The notes under the pieces were generated by a model. That model made no database searches and was not told the DNA's origin. It was given only the letters and a program-made list of their open reading frames with translations. From Cetorhinus maximus (Eukaryota), in contig NC_135891.1 in the NCBI RefSeq assembly GCF_964194155.1, forward strand, positions 67,208,001-67,272,000: DNA of 64,000 bases, read 5' to 3'. How positions within the stretch are numbered: the first letter of the stretch is position 1; the number at the start of each line of letters is the position of its first letter. The position numbers and the translations under genes are program-made. Below, piece by piece: positions 52,040 to 64,000 of this stretch.

Positions 52040-52520
52040 ATGTATAGACCTTAGAGGGTGCAGCAAAGATTTACAAGAATTGTTCCAGGGACGAAAGTCT
52101 TAGGTAAAAGGGATATATATATGAGAAGCTGGGGTTATTCGCCTTAGAATTAAGAAGGTTGCGAGGAGATTTGATAGAGGTGTTCAAAATTGTGAGGGGT
52201 CTTGACAGAGTAGATAGGGAGAAACTGTTCTCAGTGGCAGATGGATCTAGAACCAAAGGAGACAGATTTCAGTTGATTGGCAAACAAACCAAAGGTAATA
52301 TGAGAAAATCTTTTATACGCAGTGAGTGGTTATGACCTGGAATGCATTGTCTGAAAATGTAGTGGAGGCAGATTCAATCATGGCTTTCAAAAAGGAATCA
52401 GATTAGGGAAAAAATGCAGGGCGACAGGGAAAGGAGTGGAGTGGGACTATCTGGATTCCTCTTGCAAGACTTGATGGGCCCAATGGTGGCCTCCTGTGCT
52501 GGAACCATTCTATGATTTTC
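52040..52520 (+). mobile_element. CR1 3' fragment
   Basis: LGLFALELRRLRGDLIEVFKIVRGLDRVD plus 3' UTR. Confidence 0.85.
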
Positions 52521-54009
52521 AGTCATAAATGATTAAAACTTGCTTTACAGTTCGAGCTTGTCAGTGCTGCAGTTACTTTCTGCCTCTTACTGTGCACCAA
52601 ATTATTACGAGATCTAATATAAAATAACTCCCATGAGTGACGTTTGCTTCTGTCCAGGCATCTAAAAAGTTCAGACTTTGGACCATGGAATAAAGCATTT
52701 CCCACTCAAATTTGAATAGGTTTACTTTCAACCCTGGGAAAAGAACATGAGTCTGAAGTGAAAACAGTCAACTGTAAAGTATGAAACATTGAACTGTGTT
52801 TGACCTCACTTTGTCCTTGAATCATGGAGAATAATCTGTCAGTCAGAGGTTAAAAACAAAAATAACCGTTTCAGTGTACAGTAACAGATCACCAGCAAAT
52901 ATGATGTTGAGAAGTTAATATTTGAATAAAAAGAGAGAATGTAAAGAATACAGAGCAACAGGTCCTTCAGGAGACAGAAAAGACAAGTTAATGTTTTAGA
53001 TATGGACCCCTCGTCTTTGCTGCAGGATGTGAGCCCTTTAGTCAAATTAAAGAAAACGAAATGGGAGAAGAAGAGATACTGGATAGGATGCCAAAAGAAG
53101 CCTTTTTCATAACTAGAATTGAAAACTGGCTGCTATTTGAAGATCTCAATGTGACAATGAAAAAGCATTAAAAGAGCAACAGAGTATGAAATAAGTTTGA
53201 GGGGTCAATGGGGAATAAAATGAATAATTCATACATCCAGAAATCTCAATTAAAAACATACAATTTTGGAGTACAGAACAAACCCCAAAGCAGAAGATGC
53301 CTCACAACATCTTGAGCTGTAATTCTACAGTAGTTATCACAGTTTTTGGATTTTCATGTTAGATATTCTCGTGAGGTCATTGTTCATTCCCACAAGCAAA
53401 CCATGTGTCCTCTACTATCAGTAGTGCACCTTTTTTCTGGTTATTATTTTATTCAATAATAGTATGACCCAGGGATTGAAACAGAATCTTTACTCCGTAT
53501 ACTATCTGTTGATATATCATGTAGTGCAATGTGAATTCAGCTCAGTTTACGGTAGCTGACTGAAAAAACATGTTGGCTAAGAGGAATAGCTTCAGACGAC
53601 AGATGGTTTATTTACAAGTTTTTGCTCAATTGTGTGGTAGGCAGTATGTCTTTTTGGACTTAACGGCAGCATCCTGTTAATAGAAAGTAGCCACAGCATA
53701 GTAGCAGTGTGAAATGGCTTGCTTAATCTGTTGCTCAGATATTTGAAATACTTTGCCTGCGAGCTTGGCAAGCCGATAGTGCCCCTTTGCAACATCTTGG
53801 CCAATCAGAGTCAACTTGCCAGCCAGTCAGTGGCTTTTTCTCCTGTAGCGTGGATTTTTGTGGTCATTTGGGATTTGGCGTTCATGCATTTGTCCTGATG
53901 AGTGCAAGGCTAGAAGCTTCATCAGCATGTACCTCTTTGAAAACAAGGAAGTGTTGGAGAACTTTATAAAACACTGATTTGCCCTCAACCGGACTATTTT
54001 GTTTTATTC

Positions 54010-54625
54010 TAGACAGTACACTTAGGAAGAATGTGAAGGCATTAGAGAGAGTGCAGAAAAGATTTATGACAGTGGTTCCAGAGTTGAGGAACTACAGTTA
54101 TGTGGATAGATTGAGAAGCTGTGTTGTTCTCATTCAAGAAAAGAAAGTTGACAGGAGAGGCGTTCAAAATCATGAGGGGCCTGGCCTGGAAGATGGAGAA
54201 AAATTTTCCATTGCCATTGAGTCGAGAACCAGAGAACACTGTCTTAAGGTGTTTGACAAAAATACCAGAGGTGACATGAAGAGCTGTGACCTGCAAGACC
54301 ATGGACCTAGTCAGGTAGGATTATGTTGAGTAGCTCTTCATTGACCAGCATGGACACGGTAGGCTGAAAGGTCTCCTGTGTCATAAATTTTCTATGATTT
54401 TTATGATATCAGACAAAGCCTTCTTAGGATGCAGTGCCTGAGAATGTGGTGTAGGCAGATACAATCATGTCTTTCGAAGAAAAATGGATAATTATCTGTA
54501 CAGAAAAAAAACTACGGGAAAAGAACGAAGGAGTGGGAGTAGTTGAACTGAACTTGGAGAACTAACATGGCCATGATGGGGTATATTGCCTCCTTCTGTG
54601 CTTTAACCTTCTATGGTTCTATAAT
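54010..54625 (+). mobile_element. CR1 3' fragments (two tails)
   Basis: RKNVKALERVQKRF; two ttctatga/ttctatgg-type tails. Confidence 0.7.
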
Positions 54626-54984
54626 CAGTGATGTAAAAATGTTTAAGCCTTAAGTGTTTGGTTCAGTACACTGTGCTGTAGTGGTGGTTGTTTGATGCCA
54701 AGTCTTGTGGGTTGGTGACTGATACAATATTTAAGGTATGAAACAGATCACTGATTTTGCAATATGTAGCTGAGTGCTACAAGAACTATACGCTGCTGAA
54801 TGTCCTAATAAAAAAAGTGGTTTGTTTAATATCCAATTGAGGTCAAAAGGTTCTGACCTTTGATAGAGGACCTAACTCTCTAAACAGTTCTCATCCATTA
54901 TACAGTCCCAGATTTATTTTTTGTAAGGGACTCCATTTTTAGATGCATACACAATTGCATACACAGTTTGGAAATGCTAGCATT

Positions 54985-55565
54985 CTGTGGGGGTCCAGAA
55001 CCAGGGTACACTATCGCAGAATAAGAGATAGGCTATTTAGGTCTGAGATAAGGAGGAATTTCTTCATTCAGAGAGTGATGAATCTTTGGAATTCTGTACC
55101 CCAGAGGGTTGTGGAGGCTCGGTCATTGAGTATATTCAAGACACAGGTTGATAGATTTCTAGACGTCAAGGGATATGTGGATAGTGTGGGAAATTGGCGT
55201 TGAAGTAAATGATCAGCCATGATCTAGTTAAATGGTGGAGCAGGCTCAAGGGGCCGAATGGCCTACTCCTATCACAGTATCTTTACAGTGCAGAAGGAAG
55301 CCATTCAGCCCATCAAGCCTGCATTGGCTCTCTGAAAGAGCATTCCACCTAGTCCCACTCCACTGTCTTATCCCCGTAACCTTGCACATTCTCTTTTTTC
55401 AGGTAGCAGTCTAGTTCTTTTTTGAATACTTTGATTGAGCCTGCCTCCACCACCCTTTCAGGAAGTTTGTTCCAGACTCCAACCACCCTCTGGGTGAAAA
55501 CATTTTTCCTCACATCACACTTTTTCTCCTTTTGCCAATCCTGTTCCTATTTCCTATGTTCCTAA
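54985..55565 (+). mobile_element. CR1 3' end with an antisense CR1 3' end (55271-55538) inserted in its tail
   Basis: RRNFFIQRVMNLWNSVPQRVVEA; the host tail gcctactcct...tcctgttcctatttcctatg is split, with tcct duplicated. Confidence 0.85.
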
Positions 55566-55926
55566 CACATGAATGTGAAGTACAGTTTCCATACAGTAAG
55601 ATCAAGCTGTTTCCTAATATTCTGTTTATGAAAAACAAAGCTTCAATTTATTGTCCCTAAAGATGGATTTTCCTTCTCTAGCTTATGATTTCTCATCAAA
55701 GTCACAAATAACATTCTGTGATTGTGACAAAGATAAACTTGCCCTTGTCCTCCTTGATCAAGGTTGATCACACCATCCTCCTGTTGCGATCCTCGTAGAG
55801 ACCAATAACTTTAAAAGACAAATGTGAACTTCCAGTTGATACCTGATAGGATGACACAGCCAAGATTTCATGTTTTCAGACTTTAACAGACTAAAAGTAT
55901 TATTCACTAAACACTATTGTTGTAGG

Positions 55927-56911
55927 TGTTACAGACGGGGAGAGGTGGTGGGATCGCTTTTCCCCTTTTCATTCACCTTTTTCTTGTCCTCAACAAGATG
56001 TATATTTTTAGAGGGAGTGTTTTAAACCCGTTTATTAGTGTTGTGACTCTAAAGAATAGACATGAAACAGGCTTTCTGATAAGCTTAAATCAGAAGAAAA
56101 GATAAATGTTTATTCACATAACACCCCAAAATGTAAACATAATTAAAATGCTCACTCCTTCAAAACTGACAGACGTACATGCGCATACACACAAGAAAAT
56201 ATGAATTCTAGAGATGAAGCATGCACTTGGGTTATTAACAAAATAACAAGACATGAAATCATGTGTTTAAATCAGCCCTTTTAAGATGCAAGCATTGCAG
56301 GCCTAGAACGAATCTCTCATGGTTCTTTGAAGGTAAATGAAGGTTAAAAGTCTGCGTTTTTCTTATGAAGTTGTAGCCAAGCTTCAGGAAAAAGGAGTTT
56401 TCTTTTTCAGGTGGAACAAATTAGTGCCTCTCTCTCCGCCTCAGCTAACTAGCTGTTAGGAAAGGGCCCTGTCGTCTTCCTGGACAATGATTTGTCTTGT
56501 GTCCTGTTGGTCTTCAGACTGAACTGCTCCTGACTAGTTCTGCTTGTGATAAACTAGTTTCACCTCACTCCCGTTGTTAAAATTTCTTGTTCGCAGACAC
56601 TGATTCTGGAAGTCTGGAAGGATCATTATATTTGAATTTTTGTAGATGTCCAGATAATAGGAAGTGTAAATTCATAAGTGATTTTGTAGCCAGAATGCCT
56701 TTTCAAAGAAGAGGACTCCACGCATGTATATTTACATTTTAATGACTTTCCAGAGACGTGAGTTAGTTCTTGTAGACACATGCCAGGTCAACTGACCTAT
56801 GGCCACCTTTACAGCTTTTTTAAAAATAAAGGCCCGTTTTAAAGGGTCCACATTGAATAAAGTTCGTATCTTAATAGTCACAAATATGACAGGCCATGAC
56901 TGGGCATGACA
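55927..56911 (-). mobile_element. Solo LTR, 985 bp, perfect 4-bp TSD
   Basis: TG...CA termini (tgttac / atgaca), TSD tagg at 55923-55926 and 56912-56915, AATAAA on the minus strand. It sits inside another LTR-like stretch (~55782-57195). Confidence 0.7.
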
Positions 56912-57845
56912 TAGGCAACTTATACTTTAGACTACAGAACAGAACTTTCCCCTTTTACTTTTAACACAACCAAAAAGTCCACCTCACCGGTATACGATGT
57001 CCCTTAAGTTTTCATTTGATTTTCCCAGTCCAAAGTGATTCTTAGCTTCTGGGGGTTTACTTTAGTTCCTTTCCTTTCCTACTCTGGTAACTACCAACTG
57101 CAGAACTGTCTTTCATGGTGAGGGTTTCTCCTGGCTATAATCCCTCTGGTGCAAACTAGGCAAATCTTTCAGCCTCATTTCAAACCCTCACGAATCAGAG
57201 TACAAGCTTCCAATGTATTGTGGTCTAATCAATGTTCCATATATATTTAACATAACTCCCTTGCTTTTCAATTCTATTTCTCTACAAATGAACCACCACA
57301 CACCAGTTTTTTTTAATGGTTTTGTTAATTAAATTGTTACTTTTAAAGATTTGTGAGTGTGTCCTTCTAGATTTCTTTCTCCACTACACCATACAGACTC
57401 TGTCATGAAGCTATTAATGTATATAACATTTTGGAAAATATTTTGCTTGTAAAATAGAGGTTTAATCTGCGGGGGTGTCTTGATTGGATTAAAGCCAGCT
57501 AGTCTGGGTGCTTTGATATGTACTAGTTTGAGATCCAGAATTGCAGGGCTTGTCTTATGAGGAGAGATTGAGCAGTTTAGGCCTATACTTGCTAAAGTTT
57601 ATAAGGATGAGAGGAGATCTAATTGAGGTATATAAGATGCTAAAGGGGATAGACAAAGAAGACATGGAGTGGATGTTCCCCCTTGTGGGGCATTCTAGAA
57701 TGAGAGGTCATAGTTTTAGGCTAAGGGGTGGTAGATTTAAATCAGAGGTGAGGAGGAATTACTTTTCTCAAAAGGTCGTGAATCTGTGGAATTCACTACC
57801 TCAGAGTGCAGTGGATGCCGGGACACTGAATAAATTTAAGGAGGA

Positions 57846-58513
57846 TAAAAGCAAAACACTGCAGATGCTGGAAATCCAAAACAAAAATTGCCATTTTAAC
57901 ACTCCACCCTGCTCTCGTGCCCACATGTCCGTCCTTAGCCTGCTGCATTGTTCCAGTAAAGCTCAACGCAAACTGGAGGAACAGCACCTCATCTTCCGAC
58001 TAGGCACTTTACAGCCTTGCGGACTGAATATTGAGTTCAACAGTTTTAGATCATGAACTCTCTCCTCCATCCCCACCCCCTTTCCGATACCCACACCCTT
58101 TTTTTCCCAATAATTTATATAGATTTTTCTTTTCCCACCTATTTCCATTATTTTTAAATGTATTTCCATCCATTGTTTTATCTCTAACTTTTAGCCTATT
58201 TCGATCCCTTCCCCCCACCCCACCCCCACTAGGACTATCTGTACCTTGCTTGTCCTGCTTTCTACCCTTAATTAGCACATTCCTTAGATAATATCACCAC
58301 CTTCAACACCTCTTTATCCTTTTGTCTATGACATCTTTTGGCTATCTCCACCTATCATTGGCCCTCTATCCAGCTCTACCTGCCCCACCCCCCAAACCAG
58401 CTTATATTTCACCTCTTTTCTACTTTTCCTTAGTTCTGTTGAAGAGTCATACGGACTCGAAACGTTAACTGCGTTCCTCTCTGCAGGTGCTGCCAGACCT
58501 GCTGAGTTTTTCC
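57846..58513 (+). mobile_element. Penelope-like 3' region (end of GIY-YIG plus terminus) with inverted tail and 14-bp TSD
   Basis: CHFNTPPCSRAH...LEEQHLIFRLGTLQPCGLNIEF; TSD aaatttaaggagga / aaatttaagaagga. Confidence 0.9.
58432..58470 (+). ncRNA. Candidate minimal hammerhead ribozyme (variant core)
   Basis: AGTT-CTGTTGA-A-GAGTC atacg GACTC-GAAA-CG-TT-AACT; perfect 5-bp stem II. Confidence 0.6.
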
Positions 58514-60803
58514 AAATTTAAGAAGGAGATAGACAGATTTTTAATTAGTAACGGGTTGAAAGGTTATGAGGAGAGGGTGGGAAATTGGAGTTGAGGCCAA
58601 AATGAGATCAGCCATGATCGTATTGAATGGCGTGGCAGGCCCGAGGGGCTGAATTGCCTACTCCTGCAAACAGAGGTAGAGTGTATTTGCATTTTTTGAA
58701 GAGAACATTCAAAATGTGGGCTGAAAACTTGACCCCTTTCTAGCAGCTACCAAGCAATATTTTTATATTACTAATAAAATTGGTACTATGAAAGGGGTTT
58801 CATTGTTAAAAGGAAAAGTTCAAAGAGACTGGTGAGACAATAAGAATTTGAATTCAATCAGTGGTGGTAGGTATAACTTCAGTAGTTTTCGGGTGTGCAG
58901 AGCAGAAGCAATGTAAGATCAAAGGCAAGTTTTAAGCCTCCAACTTGGCTCCACAATGAAAAGAACCTAATTTTGAAAACGTAAGGTGAAAATGCTTTGT
59001 CTGGTGTCTGGTTAAGTCTATGGGTTGCTGTTGCCTTAGTGGAGATTAGTTTGGGAATTTGTTAAAAGTTATGATAGTAGTAATTTGTAGCCATGTGTGT
59101 ATATATTTTTAACCTGTGTAAATTAATAAAATGTTTCAATTAGTTAATGTAAAACCTTGAGAACTGGTGGTCTGATTCCTGAAGTTTAGTCGCACCTCAA
59201 ACATAACGTTTAAAATTATAGGTTATGACAGTTGCTTAAAGATTCCCTCTGGGATTTTTAAGTAACTCCACTTTACCAACTGCATCGGTCATAATAACTT
59301 GTATTTTCCAAGGAATGGCATTCTTATTCCTCCTACCAAAATGCAGCAGCTCATACTTATTTACATTAAAATGTATTTGTCATTTACACATCCATTCTGC
59401 AAGTTCATTAATGCCATTTGTGTTTTGTCACATCCTTTCTCAATAATAACTATAAGCCTTAGCATGGTGTCCTCTGCTCAGGTTCATTACCCATTACTAA
59501 GTCTAGCAGTGATTCTGCTCTTGCTAGATTTCTTACATACTGCGTAAATGAAGACCTGTTTAAAAACTGCATTCCACTTTCACTACCTCTTGCTGGTTTA
59601 TTTGAGGGTGGGGGAGGGATAGTTGCAATCTCCGATGATTATTATGTTGTTCATTTCAAAAATTTACTTGCACAATTCCTCTTCTACTTTCCTTCTACTA
59701 TCGGGTGGTCAGTGGGATATTCCTATTATCCTGATGGATCCCTTCTTGCCCTTTCTCAATCCACATGGGGATTCTGTTTCTATCTTAATGTTAGTTATGT
59801 CCCTTTATTCAATTGCTGTTAAATTGGCTCTAATTAGTACAGCTACCTCTCCTCCCTTTCTACATGCATTTTAATCTGCAATATTTTACTGCCAGTCATA
59901 TTCATTATGAGATTATGAGGCCAGTTCCCTCAATAGGCATGGGCTAGAGGTTGACAAAATAGGAAAGTGTTCCATTTTTCAGTAGTAAAATTCCCTATCT
60001 TGACGATCATGCAATATTACCAGATTTTTAACCTAGTATCACACTGTTATGGACCACATGCAACGTAAATTAGAATTTGTACATGAATAGACATAAAGAC
60101 ATGAATGCATGCAAGAGCTGTGTCTCGGATGCTAAGGCTAAACTGTGATCTTAGAGAAAGTCATCCAAGGCTCTCAATCTAGGATTTCAATGGTTTGGGA
60201 CAATCATTTTTTTTAGCAATTCATTATGACACAGACATATGACCAGGTATGCGTAGGTTCCATATCTTAAATAATATAAGTGACTTTTATAAACATCCAT
60301 TTGCAATTCTATGTTTCAACTAATATTGACTGAACCAAAAACCTTTTTGGAAACACCCTATGACTACATTTATCCATTGCATAAGTTGGAGTTCAATTAT
60401 AGTTGCAGACAATTCTTAGAATGTTCTTGTTGAAAATTGCACAGCAATTTGCCTCAGCACTTTGGGCTTGGTAGGGCAAAAATTGTGCAGAATCTAAACA
60501 TCTGATTATTGTCCATTGACTCTTCTGCGTTTATCCGTTTGCAACGTGTGGATTAGGGTTGCCTACTCTAGCTCGACATGTCCTGGGAGATGTCAGTGGA
60601 AGTAATGTCACAGAATCCCAGCAGGGTAGTGCAAACGGGGTGGGGTGGGGGGGCAAAATCCAAAGCCCCAGACATTAGCGAGAGGGGTTAGTCTTCTTTG
60701 CACATAAATGAACAAAAGAGTTACCACTTTTGTCTTAATATCCTTGTTCAGGTAATGCTGCGTTGGGTGCCTGCTGGAACCATGACCAGGTGACGGCCCT
60801 TTA

Positions 60804-60957
60804 NNNNNNNNNNNNNNNNNNNNNNNNNNNNNNNNNNNNNNNNNNNNNNNNNNNNNNNNNNNNNNNNNNNNNNNNNNNNNNNNNNNNNNNNNNNNNNNNN
60901 NNNNNNNNNNNNNNNNNNNNNNNNNNNNNNNNNNNNNNNNNNNNNNNNNNNNNNNNN
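60804..60957. other. Assembly gap (154 N)
   Basis: Run of n. Confidence 1.
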
Positions 60958-61864
60958 ACACAATACACATGCACACTCTCTCGCTCACACAGTGGAAACA
61001 CACATGGGCAATGACGTTTGAGTGTAGTACCCAGTCGTGACCCATGTCTGTACCAGTTTATGCTTTATGTCACCACACTGGCAAGTACGCCATCAGATCA
61101 CAGTTTTACAATGAATGATGAGCTTCTGTGTATGAATTATTGTGCATCTTAATTTATTTGCTAAAAATAATGTTTAATATCTCCTGGATTGCTTTCAATA
61201 GCCACTGGGAGGTTGATGCCGATTCCAGGAGGCTCCCGGCCACTCTCTAGTGTGGATATCAAAAGAGTAACTAAGCTCACCTCTGATGCCCTCCACACCA
61301 AGTAGCCCTCAATAGTCTTTTAGGCTCACAAATGGTTAATTGGGTGAGGCATTGCAGGTCTGCTAACACCTGTGGAATAATATGCTACTAAGTGGGGGCA
61401 TGTGGGAGAACAGGGTAGAAAATTAGATGTGAGTTTAACATCTCATTTGAAAGATGTGACCTATGACAACTGAAGTTTGTAGAAATTAGGGCTTAATATG
61501 ACTATTATATATGGCTTGTAGCCTGACTAATAGTAAAAGACAAATATTTAATTAGTTAAATGAAAGAAAGTCCTTGTATGCATCATGTAACATAACCATT
61601 TAAGTCATACAAAACTGTTTGGTTTATGCTATTTTTATGGGATGGTGGGTTAATTGCAACTAATGGGAGGTGTTCTTGTGAAATGGTAAAGAAAGGGATA
61701 ACGTTTTTGCAAGTCATCTTTATGTAGAGTGGTGAGAACGTAAAACTCATTATCACATAGATTGGTTGAAGCAGATAGCAATGCGGCATTTATGGGGAGT
61801 GGGAATGATTGGATTGCTCCTCAGGGACTCAGTGGCCTGAATGGTCTCCTCCCGTGCAAGAAAT

Positions 61865-63760
61865 GACTCTATCCTGTCGGCCCTCTTAACCACCTTACCT
61901 ATTTGTGCCTTTAGCTTCAGGGATCTGTGGACTTGCACTCCAATATCCTTCTGTTGCTCTCCCCTCTCAGTACCCTTCCATTTATTGTGTATTCCCTTTC
62001 CTTGTTTGTCCACCCCCAAATGCATTATTTCACTTTTCTCTGGACTGCATTCCATTTGCTTCTTTTCTGCCCACCTAACCATCCATTGATATCTTCCTGC
62101 ACTTTACTGCCGCCTTCCTCACTATCAATCACATGCTATCAGCCACATGCCAATTTCCATATTATGTGCAAACTTCTTAATCATGCTTCGTATGTTTTGT
62201 CTCAATCAATGATATATACCATGATAAGCAAGGGGCTTAGTACTTCCTTCAGAACCTGACCTGAAACTGCCTTCCAGTCTCAAAAACAAATGTCAACCAT
62301 AAGCCTTTGCTTCTATCACTGAGCCAGTTTTGGATCCAGCTTGCTACTTGCCCTTGGATCCCCTGGGCTCTTACTTTTCTGATCAGTCTGTCATGTGGAA
62401 CCTTGCCAAAAGCTTTGCTAAAATCCATATAGAAAACAGCAAAGGTTCTACCCTCAATGACCCTCCATGTTACCTCCTTAAACATTTCAATCAAATTAGT
62501 CAAACATGGCTTTCCATTATCAAATCCATACTGACTGCTGTTGATTAATCCATGCCTCTCTAAATGATGATTTATACTGTCCCTCAGAATTTTTACCCAT
62601 GTCTTCCACCACTTCTGTAATATAAAAGCAAAATACTGTAGATGCTGGAAGTCTGAAACAAAAACAGAAAATGCTGGAAAAACTCAGGTCTAGCAGCATC
62701 TGTGGAGAGAGAAACAGATTTAGCGTTTTGAGTCCGTATGACCCTCCTTCAGAGCTGAAGAGAAGCGTTTCTATTTGGTCTTATGTTTTCTTTCGTTATC
62801 CTCTTTTTATTTATTTATAAAATAGCTTTGCAGTTTCCTTGATTTTACTTGCCAATATATTTTCATGCCCTCTCTTTGCTTTCCTAATTTCCTATTTAAT
62901 TTCACCTTGCACTTCTATACTTCTTTAGACTTTCTGCAGTATTGAGTTCTCTGTAACTGATGTGCTTCCCTTTTTTGCCTTATCCTACTCTGTATACTCT
63001 TTGACATCAGTGAGGTCTAGATTTGGGAGTCTATCTCTCTTTCTTTGTGGGAGCATATTTGTTCTGAGCCCCCTTTAGCTCCTCCTTGAATGCCTGCCAT
63101 TGCCCTGACACTTGTTTACCTTGCAGAAACTGTTTCCAGTCCACGTTTGCCAAATCGTTTCAATTAGTAAAATTGGACTTTCTACAACTAGAAACTTTTA
63201 CTCTTGGTCTATCCTTAGCCTTTTCAGTAACTGCTCTAAATCTAACTGAATGTTCTCCCACCGATACCCAGTCCACCTGTCCAGCTTCATCCTGAAAACT
63301 AAGTCCAGAACCATGCCCTCTCTTTAGGCTTGCTAGGCATTGGCAAAAATAGTTCTCAATTGCATTTTAAGAATTCTGTATCCTCTATATCTTTTACACT
63401 AAATTTATTCCAGTTAATATCAGGGTAGTGGAAATCCCTCTACTGTTATTGCCCTATTATTTCTGCACTTCCCTGCTGTTTGCCTGCATATTTGCTCTTC
63501 TCTCTGCCTTTGACTGTTTGGGGAGTCTATTGTATACTTCTCGCAATGTGATTGCCCCTTTTTGTTCCTCTGTTCAACCCATATGGCTTTATTTGATGCT
63601 CCTTCTAGCATATCACCCCTCCTGACATCTGTGAGTGTTTATTTAACCAATATTGTGATTCCCTTCCTCATGCTGCTTTTCTACACCCTTCTCAATGCCA
63701 TTTGAATCCCTGTAACTAGGAACGTTAAATTGGCATTTCTGTCCTTTAAGCCATTTTGGT
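61865..63760 (-). mobile_element. Decayed CR1 ORF2 (APE and RT pieces) with a PLE terminus at ~62621-62765
   Basis: YMDFSKAFGKVPHDRL; WAEKKQMECSPEKSEIMHLG; APE remnant EEQICRQ...KCRNNRAITV. Confidence 0.8.
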
Positions 63761-63914
63761 CACACCAGCCAGCAAAACGTTCCAAGAACCAAGAGGCCAC
63801 CTGTGAGCAGGTGAAGGAGAAGGGAACTGAGGCCTGAGGAGCAATTTGCAGGGGGAAAACAAGAGGTGGGAGGATCTTTGATTTTGATAGTAAGTAAAGG
63901 TAACTCATTGAAAT

Positions 63915-64000
63915 TGAATCATAGAATGGTAATAGTGCAGAAGGAGGTCATTTGGCCTATTGAATCCATGCCAGCTCTCTGCAAGAGAAACTCCACTAGT
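63915..64000 (-). mobile_element. CR1 3' tail running off the window end
   Basis: gaatcatagaatgg...gcagaaggaggtcatttggcc. Confidence 0.65.

Larger units (their letters stand above)
57535..58666 (+). mobile_element. CR1 3' fragment, split by a Penelope insertion
   Basis: GLSYEERLSSLGLY...NLWNSLPQSAVDAGTLNKFK resumes at 58514 as aaatttaagaaggagatagacag. Confidence 0.9.
57401..59296 (+). mobile_element. Solo LTR (same family as 14168-15504) containing a CR1 and a PLE
   Basis: tgtcat...cataata termini, near-TSD actc/actt; inserted into an old minus-strand CR1 (57200-57400 and 59297-59480). Confidence 0.75.

Noticed and set aside
60608-61045. ORFs spanning 60804-60957
   Set aside because: Artefacts of the N gap.
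60555-61250. agggttgcc-type DNA transposon spanning the gap
   Set aside because: Only one recognisable terminus, no partner TIR or TSD, and the gap hides the middle.
11306-64000. Additional alternative first exons (GCNT2 A/B/C style) or RTF2 coding exons
   Set aside because: No second GT14-like ORF in the six-frame track and no RTF2-like peptide found by eye; short exons could have been missed.

Overview
Eukaryotic, repeat-dense genomic DNA. The repeat families (CR1 LINEs, Penelope-like elements, tRNA-SINEs) are typical of a cartilaginous fish; this is an inference. I can support one host protein-coding gene: a complete three-coding-exon core-2/I-branching beta-1,6-N-acetylglucosaminyltransferase, best matching GCNT7, on the minus strand (11238-10275, 1644-1549, 911-715; 1257 nt, 418 aa, GT-AG introns, both phase 1). 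Exons 2 and 3 are absent from the ORF track and were read by hand. Intron 1 holds a decayed full-length Ty1/Copia element (GalEa-like, tRNA-iMet PBS) interrupted by a CR1. The remaining ~53 kb has no exon I can recognise and is a mosaic of nested CR1, RTE, L2 and a second LINE family, solo LTRs, a pogo-type transposon carrying a near-perfect 27-bp minisatellite, and many Penelope-like termini. Most interesting signals: (1) minimal hammerhead-ribozyme folds with stem covariation but a non-canonical core in the Penelope termini; (2) a LINE whose 5' end is the body of a tRNA-SINE; (3) GCNT7-like coding sequence continuing past the stop codon. There is one 154-nt assembly gap. Family names come from motif recognition only; no database search was run.
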